A stretch of 64,000 bases of DNA from positions 1 to 64,000 of the forward strand of contig JAIORJ010000046.1 of assembly GCA_021108185.1 (NCBI GenBank), read 5' to 3'. Source of the DNA: Methanococcoides sp. Lineage in GTDB: Archaea > Halobacteriota > Methanosarcinia > Methanosarcinales > Methanosarcinaceae. Below are positions 18,837 to 28,869 of this stretch, piece by piece; position 1 is the stretch's first letter; each line of letters begins with the position of its first letter. The notes beneath the pieces were generated by a model. It was not told where the DNA came from. It worked only from the letters and a program-made list of their open reading frames with translations, and ran no database searches. Made by a program: the position numbers and the translations under genes.

Positions 18837-19977
18837 TATCTAATATATAAGTTGCAAGGTCCTTTTTCAACCGCATATAATCCGAAGCAGAAAGGTCAAG
18901 GACATCGAGAACACCGTCTCTCAAATAACAGGGTTTTGAGATCTTACAACACCATGCCAGGCTGCCAAAACATGTACTATCACCAAATTCGAGAGGAGTT
19001 CCTTTTACAAATTCCATTTTGATGATCTCAAATTCATCTCGATTATATCCAAGCTGAGCCGCCTTATCATGCACCGCACATCTTTTGACAGGCTTACAGC
19101 AAAATGCAAGTCCTCTAAGGTCGCCTTCACCCCGACACACGTGTTTGGGAGAATTGTACCAGCCCATCTGCTCCTGCACTGCACAGACATCTTCAACAAG
19201 GGCATCAATGAACCCATCATCCTCAAGCACACCTCTGGAAACCGATATCATATCAGCACCCTTTGAGAACATGTCCCTTGCGTCCATAATGTCCATAATT
19301 GAATTATTCCCAATAAGGAAAAGCCTTGTAGAATCACGAATACGCAAAATGGCACGAAGGTCAGCACCAGCACCTTCTTTCATGGCATCGACATGGAGAA
19401 TGTCTGCTCCTGCGTTCTCAATGCTTCTTGCAAGGGCGACATCATCGACAACGTTTGCCCTCACCTTCACAGAAAGAACCACACCTGTCTCTTTGATCTT
19501 CTTTATCCACTCGGTAAGCCTGGGAAGGTCTTTCATCAATGCTTCACCAACACCGATGGAAACCATTTCCTCCTGCCTGCAATGCGCATCAAGCTCAAGT
19601 ATGCCACCTGCAGCTTTCACTATACTGGCAGCTTTAATAAGAGGGTCAAGGCTTACAGCCCTTACATTGAAACCCACAGCTCCAACGGTATCGACAGCAT
19701 TTACTTCAGTTTCAAAAAACTCAAGAGGAGCATCCGATAAGAACTCCTGCCGGCCTCTTTCAACAAGCTTTGCTGCAGATGCATTCGTTTCTTTGTCCAG
19801 ATTATAGCCGCCGATCACTGCAAGACCGGCATTCTTTGCATTTTTGCTGGCAAATGCACTGTCAGTGATACCAGCCATTGGCGCAAGCGCAATGGGGTTT
19901 CTGAAAGTAACATAACCAACTTGCAGATCAAAAAGTTCATCGCTCACAATAATAGCCTCATTCAAATGATTTAGCAT
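18808..19977 (-). CDS. archaeal NifR3/Dus-like TIM-barrel flavoprotein with Cys-rich C-terminal extension
   Basis: 'RNPIALAPMAGITDSAF' matches the Dus/NifR3 FMN-binding signature. C-terminal 'CCKPVKRC...CFGSLAWCCKISKPC'. 29-nt overlap with the downstream gene. Confidence 0.55.
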   Translation of the reverse strand: MLNHLNEAIIVSDELFDLQVGYVTFRNPIALAPMAGITDSAFASKNAKNAGLAVIGGYNLDKETNASAAKLVERGRQEFLSDAPLEFFETEVNAVDTVGAVGFNVRAVSLDPLIKAASIVKAAGGILELDAHCRQEEMVSIGVGEALMKDLPRLTEWIKKIKETGVVLSVKVRANVVDDVALARSIENAGADILHVDAMKEGAGADLRAILRIRDSTRLFLIGNNSIMDIMDARDMFSKGADMISVSRGVLEDDGFIDALVEDVCAVQEQMGWYNSPKHVCRGEGDLRGLAFCCKPVKRCAVHDKAAQLGYNRDEFEIIKMEFVKGTPLEFGDSTCFGSLAWCCKISKPCYLRDGVLDVLDLSASDYMRLKKDLATYILDNAKKPVNEQ

Positions 19978-20115
19978 ATCTTGCGCTGTAGAAGAAAGTA
20001 GTTACATATTAATGTAACGTTAGGTAAATAGATAGATACAGACGACAAAGGACCGATAATAGTACCAACATTACTAGCAGATAATACATCAAATATCAGA
20101 AAAAGAGGCTATAAA

Positions 20116-20907
20116 GTGGAAACGATCAGAATTGCAGCCATACAGATGGACATTTGTCATTGCAATAAACAAAAGAACATCGAAAAGGCCCTTCGTTTCT
20201 CAGAAGAAGCCGTTTCAAAAGGTGCTGATATTATCATCCTTCCGGAAGTGTTCTCCACGGGCTTCTGCTATGAAGACCTTGAAAAGGTAGCAGAATCAAG
20301 ACCATACCCCACAATTGAAGAACTAGCAGCCTTCTCAAAGAAGAACAAATGCATCATGATAGGTTCCATAATCGAAAAGCATTGCTCCGAGAACAGAGAA
20401 ACATATACAAATATGGGCTTTTGCCTGGAAGACGGAGAACTTGTCGGAACCTACACAAAGACACATCCTTTCGGAAAGGAAAAAGGATATTTCGTATCAG
20501 GAGACACCATCGAACCGATACAGCTTAAAAAGCAGAAATTGACCATTGGGTTGCAAATATGCTATGAGATAAGATTTCCTGAAATAGCAAGGAAGCTTTG
20601 CCTTTCAGGAGCTGACATGCTCATAACCATTGCAGAGTTTCCAAACCCAAGAGAACATCAGTGGAGAACACTTGCCACTGCACGTGCCATTGAAAATCAG
20701 ATATTCCACATTGCCTGCAATCGCTCCGGTTCAGACCCTAATTCCACCTTCTTTGGAGGAACTATGATAATTGACCCCCTTGGGAACGTAATGGCAGGTG
20801 CAAAGGATGAGGAATGTGTGATCATAGCGGAAATTGATACATCCCTTATGAGAAAAACAAGAAAAGCAATACCGGTTTTCGATGATCGCAGACCAGAACT
20901 ATATTGA
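20116..20907 (+). CDS. carbon-nitrogen hydrolase (nitrilase superfamily)
   Basis: 'IRIAAIQMD', 'ILPEVF', 'IGLQICYEIRFPE' (E-K-C catalytic triad context). GTG start. Confidence 0.8.
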   Translation: METIRIAAIQMDICHCNKQKNIEKALRFSEEAVSKGADIIILPEVFSTGFCYEDLEKVAESRPYPTIEELAAFSKKNKCIMIGSIIEKHCSENRETYTNMGFCLEDGELVGTYTKTHPFGKEKGYFVSGDTIEPIQLKKQKLTIGLQICYEIRFPEIARKLCLSGADMLITIAEFPNPREHQWRTLATARAIENQIFHIACNRSGSDPNSTFFGGTMIIDPLGNVMAGAKDEECVIIAEIDTSLMRKTRKAIPVFDDRRPELY

Positions 20908-20967
20908 GGAAAGAATAAAGAAAAGGAAAAAACAAAGGCAATTGAGATTTTCAGATCATTAAATATC

Positions 20968-21945
20968 TTATATGTTAAAATTGACATCAAGCCCAAGAAT
21001 GGTCCTTGCGCCGCCTGCAATATCACGTGCGATCTCAGCACAGCCTATGGCAGCACTCCATTTACCGAGCAATTCGGGCTTCAGGTCAAGATGAGAACCT
21101 ATTCTTTCAGCAACGTAGTCAACTTCACCAACTGAACCTGCAAGGAAGACCTTTCCATGTGAACCGTGATCTTTCATCAGGACCTGCATTGCTGCAATTT
21201 CCATTGATGCGAATAAAGCGATCTGGTCCAGTGCCAGGATGGCAGCACTTTCACCATTGGCTGCAGCCTCAAGAAGTTCATCGTTACCTGAATAAGGAGT
21301 GTGTTTCAACACACCTGCATTTATGAAGGCTTCATTGGCACTGCATTTACCCGCATCCACATCCCTTATAGCCTCAAGGTCCAGCGGACCATGCCGGGTT
21401 CCCGGTGCAAAGATACAGGCATCGATAGCACCTATGAGCTTACCATCACAAACACCTACTGTAACCGTGTTGGAACTTATGTCTGAGACCACAAGGTCAT
21501 CTATGCCTTTGCATCTGGCATTGTAGGCTATACCTATCTTCTCAGGACTTGTAGAATGGGAAAATACATTCAATCGAGGATCAGTGTTGCTTTTTGCATG
21601 GATCCCAGGAATGAGGACAGCAGGGATAGGAGAATTCCTTATCGCATCGAAGACAAGCGTTCCGGCTCCGGTCTTTTTACCGACACCCTCTATGCTCAGA
21701 ACGCCCCTGGAATCGACATTGTCCATATCCTCGATGCTTACGATACCATCACCCATGGAATAGGTTACAGCTACAAGTCCTATATCAGAGATCCCAATAT
21801 CAAGATTAGAAGTGATCGAATCGATTACCTGAGCCTCGGACATGCCGGATACCTCTGTACGTGGCATTTCAAATGTTCGTACATTTCCCTCACATATCCC
21901 GGCAAAACGCATTGCGTTAGTCCCGTGGTCAACTCCGATGAACAT
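20968..21945 (-). CDS. ASKHA-fold (sugar kinase/Hsp70/actin-like) protein, methanogen-conserved
   Basis: 'MFIGVDHGTNAMRFA' phosphate-1 motif and Gly-rich phosphate-2/adenosine motifs ('GSVGEVDY'). Confidence 0.45.
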   Translation of the reverse strand: MFIGVDHGTNAMRFAGICEGNVRTFEMPRTEVSGMSEAQVIDSITSNLDIGISDIGLVAVTYSMGDGIVSIEDMDNVDSRGVLSIEGVGKKTGAGTLVFDAIRNSPIPAVLIPGIHAKSNTDPRLNVFSHSTSPEKIGIAYNARCKGIDDLVVSDISSNTVTVGVCDGKLIGAIDACIFAPGTRHGPLDLEAIRDVDAGKCSANEAFINAGVLKHTPYSGNDELLEAAANGESAAILALDQIALFASMEIAAMQVLMKDHGSHGKVFLAGSVGEVDYVAERIGSHLDLKPELLGKWSAAIGCAEIARDIAGGARTILGLDVNFNI

Positions 21946-21961
21946 CGATCACACCTTGCCA

Positions 21962-22318
21962 TCAAATGTCGAAAAGCATAGCATTAAGCTCTTCCATCAG
22001 GGGTACCCCTTCTTCACGGGTAGCAACCGTTGTAACGATCCTGATTTCCTGAGCTGAGGTCCCATGGGACAGAAGAAGACGGAGATTGCCATGCTCATCG
22101 GGATGTGGAAGCACTTTTGCGTTCAGATTCCCACCAGGAGAGCTCTTACCCCTAACAGTGATCACGGAAGGGACGATGCCCTTGACCTTTTCATGCTGAC
22201 TGATGATGCCAAGGATCTTTTTACCCTGACGTTCACCAATGACAGTAGTATGTGCTCCATGAAGTTTCTCTTTCAATGACGCTTCCTTACTTTTTATAGC
22301 AGTATCATCCATGAACAA
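21962..22318 (-). CDS. hypothetical protein
   Basis: 118-aa ORF with coherent codon usage; no motif recognised. Confidence 0.35.
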   Translation of the reverse strand: MFMDDTAIKSKEASLKEKLHGAHTTVIGERQGKKILGIISQHEKVKGIVPSVITVRGKSSPGGNLNAKVLPHPDEHGNLRLLLSHGTSAQEIRIVTTVATREEGVPLMEELNAMLFDI

Positions 22319-22411
22319 AATTTGGAAGAATCATATAAAACGTTAGTGGTCTACAGAAAGTAAAATTTAAAAAAAAGATAGAATATGCACCAAAAGGTGC
22401 ATTTTCAAGTA

Positions 22412-22849
22412 TCAGATATTCTGAACGTCACTCATGTCAAGAAGCTTTATCTTCGCATCATCAAGGACCTTGACCGCACCTCGGATATCGTTGACGCGAA
22501 CAATGAGGAAAGCTTTCTCTGTCCTGGTAACGAAAGCATAAGCGTAATCGATGTTGATATCCTTTTCACCAAGAACTTCTGCGATCATGCCAAGCTGACC
22601 AGGCACGTCTTCCATCTCCACACCAAGGACATTAGTCTCCGAGACGGTAAATCCGGAATCATGCAGCACCTTGTGAGCCAGATCAGGATCATCGACGACC
22701 ATTCGGATTATACCGAAATCGCCCGCTTCAGCAATGGTAAACGCCCGGATGTTAATACCGGCACCTTTGAACTTGTCAGAAACGCTTGCAAGCCTCCCTG
22801 GCTTGTTCTCTGCAAATAATGAAATCTGTTTGATCATTTTATCTTCCAT
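22412..22849 (-). CDS. ACT-domain protein (tandem ACT), PaaK-associated
   Basis: Two beta-alpha-beta-beta-alpha-beta ACT-like halves. Immediately upstream of phenylacetate-CoA ligase, a conserved archaeal pairing. Confidence 0.7.
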   Translation of the reverse strand: MEDKMIKQISLFAENKPGRLASVSDKFKGAGINIRAFTIAEAGDFGIIRMVVDDPDLAHKVLHDSGFTVSETNVLGVEMEDVPGQLGMIAEVLGEKDINIDYAYAFVTRTEKAFLIVRVNDIRGAVKVLDDAKIKLLDMSDVQNI

Positions 22850-22891
22850 GAGATCGCCCCATATCCTAATTTAAATGATGTCTTCTAAAGC

Positions 22892-24220
22892 TTATAACTT
22901 TCTGTTGTCGATCACTTTCTTTGCCTTGCCCATAGAACGTGGCAATGAACCGTGTTCCACAAGTTCCACCTTGACAGCAATGTTCAACACGCCCTTAAGG
23001 GCTGATGCCACCTTTTTCTCCAGGTTGATGATATCATTGACCTTGTCACTGAATGCCACATCGGTCATCTCGATCTGCACCTTCATGATATCAAGCTCAT
23101 TTATCCTGTCCACGATGATCATGAAGTGTTCGCCAACTTCGGGTATCTTCATGAGCACAGACTCGACCTGTCCGGGGAACACATTGATACCACGGACAAT
23201 GAGCATATCATCTGCACGACCAAGAACACGCATGATACGTGGATGTGTCCTCCCACATTCACATTCATCCCAGTTCAGTACAGTGATGTCACCTATGCGG
23301 TATCGTATGAGTGGTAATGCTTCCTTTACAAGTGTGGTTATCACAAGTTCACCGCGCTCGCCGTTTGGTACAGGCTCACCTGTATCAGGATCTATGACCT
23401 CAACGAGGAACTGGTCTGCCCAGATGTGAATACCTTTCTGTTCCCGACATTCCGTGAAGAGAGGACCGCTAAGTTCGGATGTACCGAAGATATCATAGGC
23501 TTTGATACCTGCTGACTCCTCTATCCTCTTACGCATTTCTTCGGACCAGGGTTCAGCACCGAAAACACCTACACGCAGATCAGTATCATCCTGGAAGCTT
23601 ACGCCTGCACTCTTTGCAGCCTCTATCATGAAGAGGAAATATGAAGGAGTACAACCGATAACGGTTGTGCCGAGATCCTGCATAAGTTCGATCTGCCTGT
23701 CAGTGTTACCGGAACTTGCAGGTAATACCGTACAACCGGTCTCTTCTGCACCATAGTGCATACCCAGACCGCCTGTGAAAAGACCATAGCCATAACCTAT
23801 CTGCATGATATCGTCACGTCCGACACCAATCGATGTCATGGCACGGGCAAGGGATGTGGTCCATGCCTTTATGTCATTATCAGTATAACCGACAACTGTG
23901 GGTTTACCGGTAGTACCGGATGATACATGAAAACGTACAAGTTTATTATTGGGAACACAGAACATACCTGTGGGATACGTATCCCTCAGGTCCTTTTTGT
24001 ACGTGAAAGGAAGCTTCGTGACATCATCGAGACTCTTGATGTCCTCTGGCCTTATTCCTGCATCATCAAATCGTTTTCTGTAAAATGGAGAATGCTCATA
24101 GACATATTTCACGAGGTTGCATAACTTCTCCCCCTGTATCTCCTTCAACTCTTCAACAGGCATTCTCTCGATCTGTGGATTCCAATATTCTATCATATTT
24201 ATCACGCTATTGTCGATCAA
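22892..24220 (-). CDS. paaK: phenylacetate-CoA ligase (PaaK family adenylate-forming enzyme)
   Basis: 'SSGTTGKPTVV' AMP-binding motif, 'YGLTE'-like motif and C-terminal PaaK region. Confidence 0.85.
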   Translation of the reverse strand: MIDNSVINMIEYWNPQIERMPVEELKEIQGEKLCNLVKYVYEHSPFYRKRFDDAGIRPEDIKSLDDVTKLPFTYKKDLRDTYPTGMFCVPNNKLVRFHVSSGTTGKPTVVGYTDNDIKAWTTSLARAMTSIGVGRDDIMQIGYGYGLFTGGLGMHYGAEETGCTVLPASSGNTDRQIELMQDLGTTVIGCTPSYFLFMIEAAKSAGVSFQDDTDLRVGVFGAEPWSEEMRKRIEESAGIKAYDIFGTSELSGPLFTECREQKGIHIWADQFLVEVIDPDTGEPVPNGERGELVITTLVKEALPLIRYRIGDITVLNWDECECGRTHPRIMRVLGRADDMLIVRGINVFPGQVESVLMKIPEVGEHFMIIVDRINELDIMKVQIEMTDVAFSDKVNDIINLEKKVASALKGVLNIAVKVELVEHGSLPRSMGKAKKVIDNRKL

Positions 24221-24246
24221 TACTGATGGTGGTTTGTTACAACCAC

Positions 24247-25212
24247 TTATAGACTCAACGGGTTTTTCTTAGTTCTCAAAATTTCTTTCACCAACTCAAC
24301 GCACTCGAAGAGAATAGTGTCCATATCAGCTACAACATCTATTCCTGCTGCACCTGCATGACCGCCACCGGTTCCATCGTAGTGGCTGCTGATCTCTTCC
24401 ATGATCTTGCCAAGATTCACACCTGCATTGACAGCATCGCGTTTGGCGCGACCGCTTACTCTTATGTTATCGGATCTTGCAGTGCCTACAAAAGCAACAT
24501 CTCCACCGATATTGATAAGCATGGAAGAAGCAGAACCACCAAAGGAACTTACGTTCGAAGTAACGACCAGCCAATCACCGACACGTTCAACATCTGCCCG
24601 TGATGCTGTTTTAAGCATCGCGATCCTCATGGAGACATCCTGAGGTGTTGATGCCATAAGATCGAGCACTTCTGCATATTCGACACCGCTTGAATCGATT
24701 ATCTCAGAAAATGTCTTGAACGTTCTGCTCGTAGCATGCTTGAAATGACCTGTATCTGTCACGATCCCGGCCATGAGTCCAAGAGCCATGCGATGCATTA
24801 TAGGTGCACCCATGCATTTCAGAACATCATAGACGATCTCTGCTACTGATGTGGCATTACGGTGAAGGTAAAAAGATGCATTCTCTGTCAGTGCAGTAGT
24901 TGCATGATGATCTACTACACAATAGTTGGTAAGTTCAATATCATTGAGCTGTGCGCTGGTAGATGTGTCTACGACCACTACCAGATCATAATCTTTAGGA
25001 TCAGGATTATCTATTACATCTATCTCCAGCTTATCAACAAGTAATGCTGCAACTCTGTTACAGCCATCCACAAGCCCCACTTTGCCCCCGATAGCCTCAG
25101 ATAATGCAAATGCACTACTTATGGCGTCCGGGTCGGCATTTCGATGGCAGAGATATAGGATATTGTGATAATCGAGGAGACGGTTGTAGAATCCAGCTTC
25201 GTCAACCTGCAT
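24247..25212 (-). CDS. DHH-family phosphoesterase (NrnA-like, DHH+DHHA1)
   Basis: 'DPDAISSA', 'DHH', and 'GGGHAGAAG' DHHA1 motif. Confidence 0.8.
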   Translation of the reverse strand: MQVDEAGFYNRLLDYHNILYLCHRNADPDAISSAFALSEAIGGKVGLVDGCNRVAALLVDKLEIDVIDNPDPKDYDLVVVVDTSTSAQLNDIELTNYCVVDHHATTALTENASFYLHRNATSVAEIVYDVLKCMGAPIMHRMALGLMAGIVTDTGHFKHATSRTFKTFSEIIDSSGVEYAEVLDLMASTPQDVSMRIAMLKTASRADVERVGDWLVVTSNVSSFGGSASSMLINIGGDVAFVGTARSDNIRVSGRAKRDAVNAGVNLGKIMEEISSHYDGTGGGHAGAAGIDVVADMDTILFECVELVKEILRTKKNPLSL

Positions 25213-25274
25213 TGCTACCTCTCATCCACTCAGATAAGTATCGTCTGAAAAGGATAAAGGAGGGTTTACAAGGA

Positions 25275-25628
25275 TCACTGTCCCTGAGTACCCATTGCCT
25301 GCTTAAGTTGTTCCTGAAGCTGGGTAAAACGCTTTGAGATGCGCTCTTCCTGGCGTGTGACAGATTGAAGCCTAAGTGAAAGTGTCTCAAGTCTCTCTTT
25401 CAGCTTTGTGACGGTATCATCCTTGTTTGACTGGATCTGAAGATCACCTACAGCCCTGTAGACAACAGCATCATCGGAAAGCTTTTCAAGCTCTTCCAGT
25501 GCCATTTCAGACTCTTTCTTCATAGATTCCATCTGGTTCTTCTGCATAGCAAGAGCCTGCGCCTGCTGCTGAACCTGCTGTAGTTGTGCGATCTGATTCT
25601 GCACTTGTGGGGGTATTTCTGAACTCAT
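25275..25628 (-). CDS. pfdB: prefoldin beta subunit
   Basis: Q-rich coiled coil / beta hairpin / coiled coil architecture; 'QIAQLQQVQQQAQALAMQKNQ'. Confidence 0.85.
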   Translation of the reverse strand: MSSEIPPQVQNQIAQLQQVQQQAQALAMQKNQMESMKKESEMALEELEKLSDDAVVYRAVGDLQIQSNKDDTVTKLKERLETLSLRLQSVTRQEERISKRFTQLQEQLKQAMGTQGQ

Positions 25629-25712
25629 ATTGGTTTCACCTGACCAGTCAATAAACCTGAAATGATTTTAATGTTTCTATCCAGGGTCCAGTAAAATAAA
25701 AAGCAGGGTCTC

Positions 25713-25967
25713 TCATACACCATTTATGGCATTCTTACCGACAGCACATACATCATGTGCTATTTGCATCAGACGAAGCCAGGTGTTGAGTGTGGAACGC
25801 ATTGATATGATGTCATCAGCAGTGATATTCATCACAAGGGAATCATGACTTACCTTTACATCCACGATAGAACGTTCAGAGACCATGGTCCCAAGTTCAG
25901 GTAAGATGCAACGATATATGGCCTCTGCATTCTCTGTTACAAAAACAGATTCAGAAGCCATTTTCAT
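25713..25967 (-). CDS. KEOPS subunit Pcc1-like protein
   Basis: 84 aa. 'RSIVDVKVSHDSLVMNITADDIISMRSTLNTWLRLMQIAHDV' aligns with archaeal Pcc1. Conserved position in the exosome superoperon. Confidence 0.6.
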   Translation of the reverse strand: MKMASESVFVTENAEAIYRCILPELGTMVSERSIVDVKVSHDSLVMNITADDIISMRSTLNTWLRLMQIAHDVCAVGKNAINGV

Positions 25968-26431
25968 TCAGATATCCCCATTTTGCGATAATTTTTGATA
26001 TTTAGCCTGAAAAGCATATTATCACGATAAATGAATTCAAGATGATCATCGCTGGCAATTAGACATTTTGAATCGTAATAACATTCCCCTTCAGGAATAT
26101 CGAGATAATAGGAAAGCATCTCAAATAGCTCACCATCGCCATTTATTGAAGGCTCCAGCGCCTTAAGAGGAGTATATTTGTAACCGTCCGGATAAAATAC
26201 GCTCAGATGGATCGATAACAGTTCAACGCCCTCGCTATCATAGAACATAATGCTCCCCGGACTTCCGTGATAATCACCTATGACCATCAACAGACCACCT
26301 TCACACAAAGAGACAATGTCCATCAGACTCGTTTTTCCACGAGCTACATATTCGCAATTAAAAAAAGATGCCAAATACTTGCACATAGTGCGAGTATTGG
26401 CTGAAGGTTTGCGAGAAGAAGTGATTAGCAT
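25964..26431 (-). CDS. Brix-domain (Imp4-like) ribosome biogenesis protein
   Basis: 'MLITSSRKPSANTRTMCKYLASFFN' Brix N-terminus; superoperon position. Confidence 0.75.
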   Translation of the reverse strand: MLITSSRKPSANTRTMCKYLASFFNCEYVARGKTSLMDIVSLCEGGLLMVIGDYHGSPGSIMFYDSEGVELLSIHLSVFYPDGYKYTPLKALEPSINGDGELFEMLSYYLDIPEGECYYDSKCLIASDDHLEFIYRDNMLFRLNIKNYRKMGISE

Positions 26432-26437
26432 GACTTC

Positions 26438-26578
26438 TTACTCGACCTTAACCTTTTTGATCGATGACTGCGGCCTTTCTTTTACAAGTATACGGTGTCC
26501 GCAGTACGGACAGCGAATACCGGTATATCCATAGTCGATCTCGACTGGCCGCTTGCATCGGGTACACTTATAGTCCAT
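26438..26578 (-). CDS. rpoP: DNA-directed RNA polymerase subunit P (Rpb12/RpoP)
   Basis: Not in the ORF track. 46-aa '[36 protein letters not shown]...' C4 zinc ribbon typical of RpoP, between L37ae and Brix as in other archaea. Confidence 0.8.
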
Positions 26579-26583
26579 ATTTA

Positions 26584-26871
26584 TTACTCAACCTGTTCAG
26601 TGGCTTTCTTAACAGTCCTCAACACAGTCTTACCGACTGTTGTAGCTGGGATGTAAGTACCACCTGCAAAAGTATATCCACATTTTTTACATTTCCAGAT
26701 GCCAGTCCCAACTCTCTTTACAGTCAGGCGTGCACAGCTTACGCATTTGTGCGCTGCATGCATCTTCTCTTCGAGATCAGCAACCAACTTTCGGTCTCTT
26801 CTACCATATCGTGTACCAAATCTTCCTGCGGACCTAGATACACGTCCTTTCTTAGTATATTTCTTTGCCAT
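26584..26871 (-). CDS. rpl37ae: 50S ribosomal protein L37ae
   Basis: '[23 protein letters not shown]' C4 ribbon; L37ae signature. Confidence 0.92.
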
Positions 26872-26964
26872 TATAAATATCTCCTTGAAGCAGATTCCTA
26901 TTTATGATCGAGCTTATAATGATCGAGTATAATCGTTACGAGCCTTCATTGAATCAGAGACGAT

Positions 26965-27744
26965 TCAGATGTTGAGGAGGTATTCCTCTCTGATTTGCGC
27001 TCCTATCTCACGTGATTTTTCAACGGATCTCAGGAAGTTCTCTTCTGAGAGCGTACCTGGACCGCTTTTCTGCATAGCACAGATCGAACCATCCTGATTG
27101 GTCACTATAGTGAGCCTTAGATCACTAACTGATTCCTCATTATTGGTCGCATCAATGACAAGTTCCCCTCCAATGTCAACAAAGGAGAGAGAGACCGGCA
27201 TTTCGCAGATAGGCAGTTTTACATCCTCTCCACGACCTTCGCGTTCTCCTGGAAGAGTTGCTGTCATAAGCGCCGCAATAGCACCAATTGAAGCAGCATC
27301 CAGTAAATTACCACTGTCGTTAAGCACATGAACATCTATGAAAACTATCCAGACCTCTACCCCTTCCGTAATACACAACTTGTTTAAATCAATTGCGCCT
27401 GATTCACGGATACCGCGGTCTACCACACGTGCCATTTCAATAGCTTTCTCTCGTGGTGGACCAGCTTCGAAGTTTGGTGAAGCTATAGGATTAAGCTCCA
27501 TACTTGTGATAATGACGCCCTTATCTGCAGAATCCGCGAACGGAGAGCCTACCTGCAGTTTGACACCGACAAGTACCTGCGTATCACCCAGCAAGACCTT
27601 TGCAGAGCCTTCTGCCTTGTCAATGACATTGGTCTCAACTATCAGATCACGCACTTCATCGAACCCACGACCATCTTCACGCTGGCCTTTGAGAGCCAGA
27701 TTGAACAAATAATCTTTTTTAAGTCTTGATATAGCTTCACTCAT
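26965..27744 (-). CDS. rrp42: exosome complex component Rrp42 (RNase PH-like, inactive)
   Basis: RNase PH fold pattern; start at ATG 27744 ('[12 protein letters not shown]'); follows Rrp41. Confidence 0.85.
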   Translation of the reverse strand: MSEAISRLKKDYLFNLALKGQREDGRGFDEVRDLIVETNVIDKAEGSAKVLLGDTQVLVGVKLQVGSPFADSADKGVIITSMELNPIASPNFEAGPPREKAIEMARVVDRGIRESGAIDLNKLCITEGVEVWIVFIDVHVLNDSGNLLDAASIGAIAALMTATLPGEREGRGEDVKLPICEMPVSLSFVDIGGELVIDATNNEESVSDLRLTIVTNQDGSICAMQKSGPGTLSEENFLRSVEKSREIGAQIREEYLLNI

Positions 27745-28819
27745 TTTTCTCACCCTCATCCTCATTGGACTCAGCGTCCTCTGGCTCTGAAGAGCTGTCA
27801 CCCTCGGACTCAGTACCTTCATTTATGTCGAACTCAGAGACATCTTCCCCGAACAGGTCCTCAGCTTCATCAGAAGCATTCTCGACCTCGTCATCCGTGA
27901 AAGCCTCTCCCTCATCCTGAAGCTCGAGGTCCTCATCCACTTCATCTTCAAGCTCGTCGTCCTCACCCTCAAGTGCGACCTCAGAAACTACCTCAGAAAC
28001 TACCTCAGAAACTACCTCAGAAACTACTTCAACGTCCTCAGCTTCATCTTCGGAAGTTGCAAGCTCAGCCTGAAGCTCAGCTTCCTTGAGGAGCTCCTCT
28101 TCGTCAGTAGTACCGAACTTTGATAAAAGGGCCTCCTTCTGGATAGCAAAGATCTGCTCACAGCCCTTCCTGGCCATCTCGATACCCTTAGCGATCTCAT
28201 CAGCAGTAAGGTTACCATCCATCTGAAGTAAAGTGATCTCGCCATCCTCGGTCATTGCAATAGGCAGGTCAGCATCACCATAATTGTCTTCAGGTTTATT
28301 AAGGTCGAGCACAAGCTGACCATCCACCTTTCCGACAGCACATGATGCAACCAGTCCCTTCATAGGAATACCTGCATCCACAAGTGCAAGTGTAGCAGCA
28401 TTTATAGCTGCTGTCCTTGTACCTGCATCTGCCTGAAGGACCTCTGCAAACACATCAATAACAGCACCCGGGTAGAACTGTTTCATCACAACAGGTTCGA
28501 ATGCCTCTCCGCTTACCTTTGAGATCTCAGTACTCCTCCTGCTTGGACCAGGACGGATACGATCCTCCACAGAGAAAGCAGCCATATTATACCTATACCT
28601 TACAAGTGCTTCACTTGGACGCTGAAGCCTGCGTGGGTGAAGTTCCCTCGGGCCATAAACAGCTGCAAGGACCTTGTTGTTACCCCATTCAAGATAACAA
28701 GAGCCATCTGCTCTTGAGAGTACGCCCATTTCCACGGTCATTGGGCGGATCTCATCAACACGCCTACCGTCAAGACGAAGTCCATTCTCGTCAATAAATT
28801 TTTCCGGTTTATCACTCAT
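27737..28819 (-). CDS. rrp41: exosome complex exonuclease Rrp41 with about 110-aa acidic C-terminal extension
   Basis: '[20 protein letters not shown]', '[21 protein letters not shown]' RNase PH active-site region. Tail '[43 protein letters not shown]...' contains a 12-nt x4 repeat. Confidence 0.85.
   Translation of the reverse strand: MSDKPEKFIDENGLRLDGRRVDEIRPMTVEMGVLSRADGSCYLEWGNNKVLAAVYGPRELHPRRLQRPSEALVRYRYNMAAFSVEDRIRPGPSRRSTEISKVSGEAFEPVVMKQFYPGAVIDVFAEVLQADAGTRTAAINAATLALVDAGIPMKGLVASCAVGKVDGQLVLDLNKPEDNYGDADLPIAMTEDGEITLLQMDGNLTADEIAKGIEMARKGCEQIFAIQKEALLSKFGTTDEEELLKEAELQAELATSEDEAEDVEVVSEVVSEVVSEVVSEVALEGEDDELEDEVDEDLELQDEGEAFTDDEVENASDEAEDLFGEDVSEFDINEGTESEGDSSSEPEDAESNEDEGEKNE
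27978..28025 (-). repeat. 12-nt x4 tandem repeat (acctcagaaact) encoding (VSEV)n in the Rrp41 acidic tail
   Basis: Exact four-fold direct repeat on the plus strand. Confidence 0.9.
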
Positions 28820-28869
28820 ATTTAATCTCCAATTTCATCTCATTCTCCCATCTGCAAACACAAAAGGTC

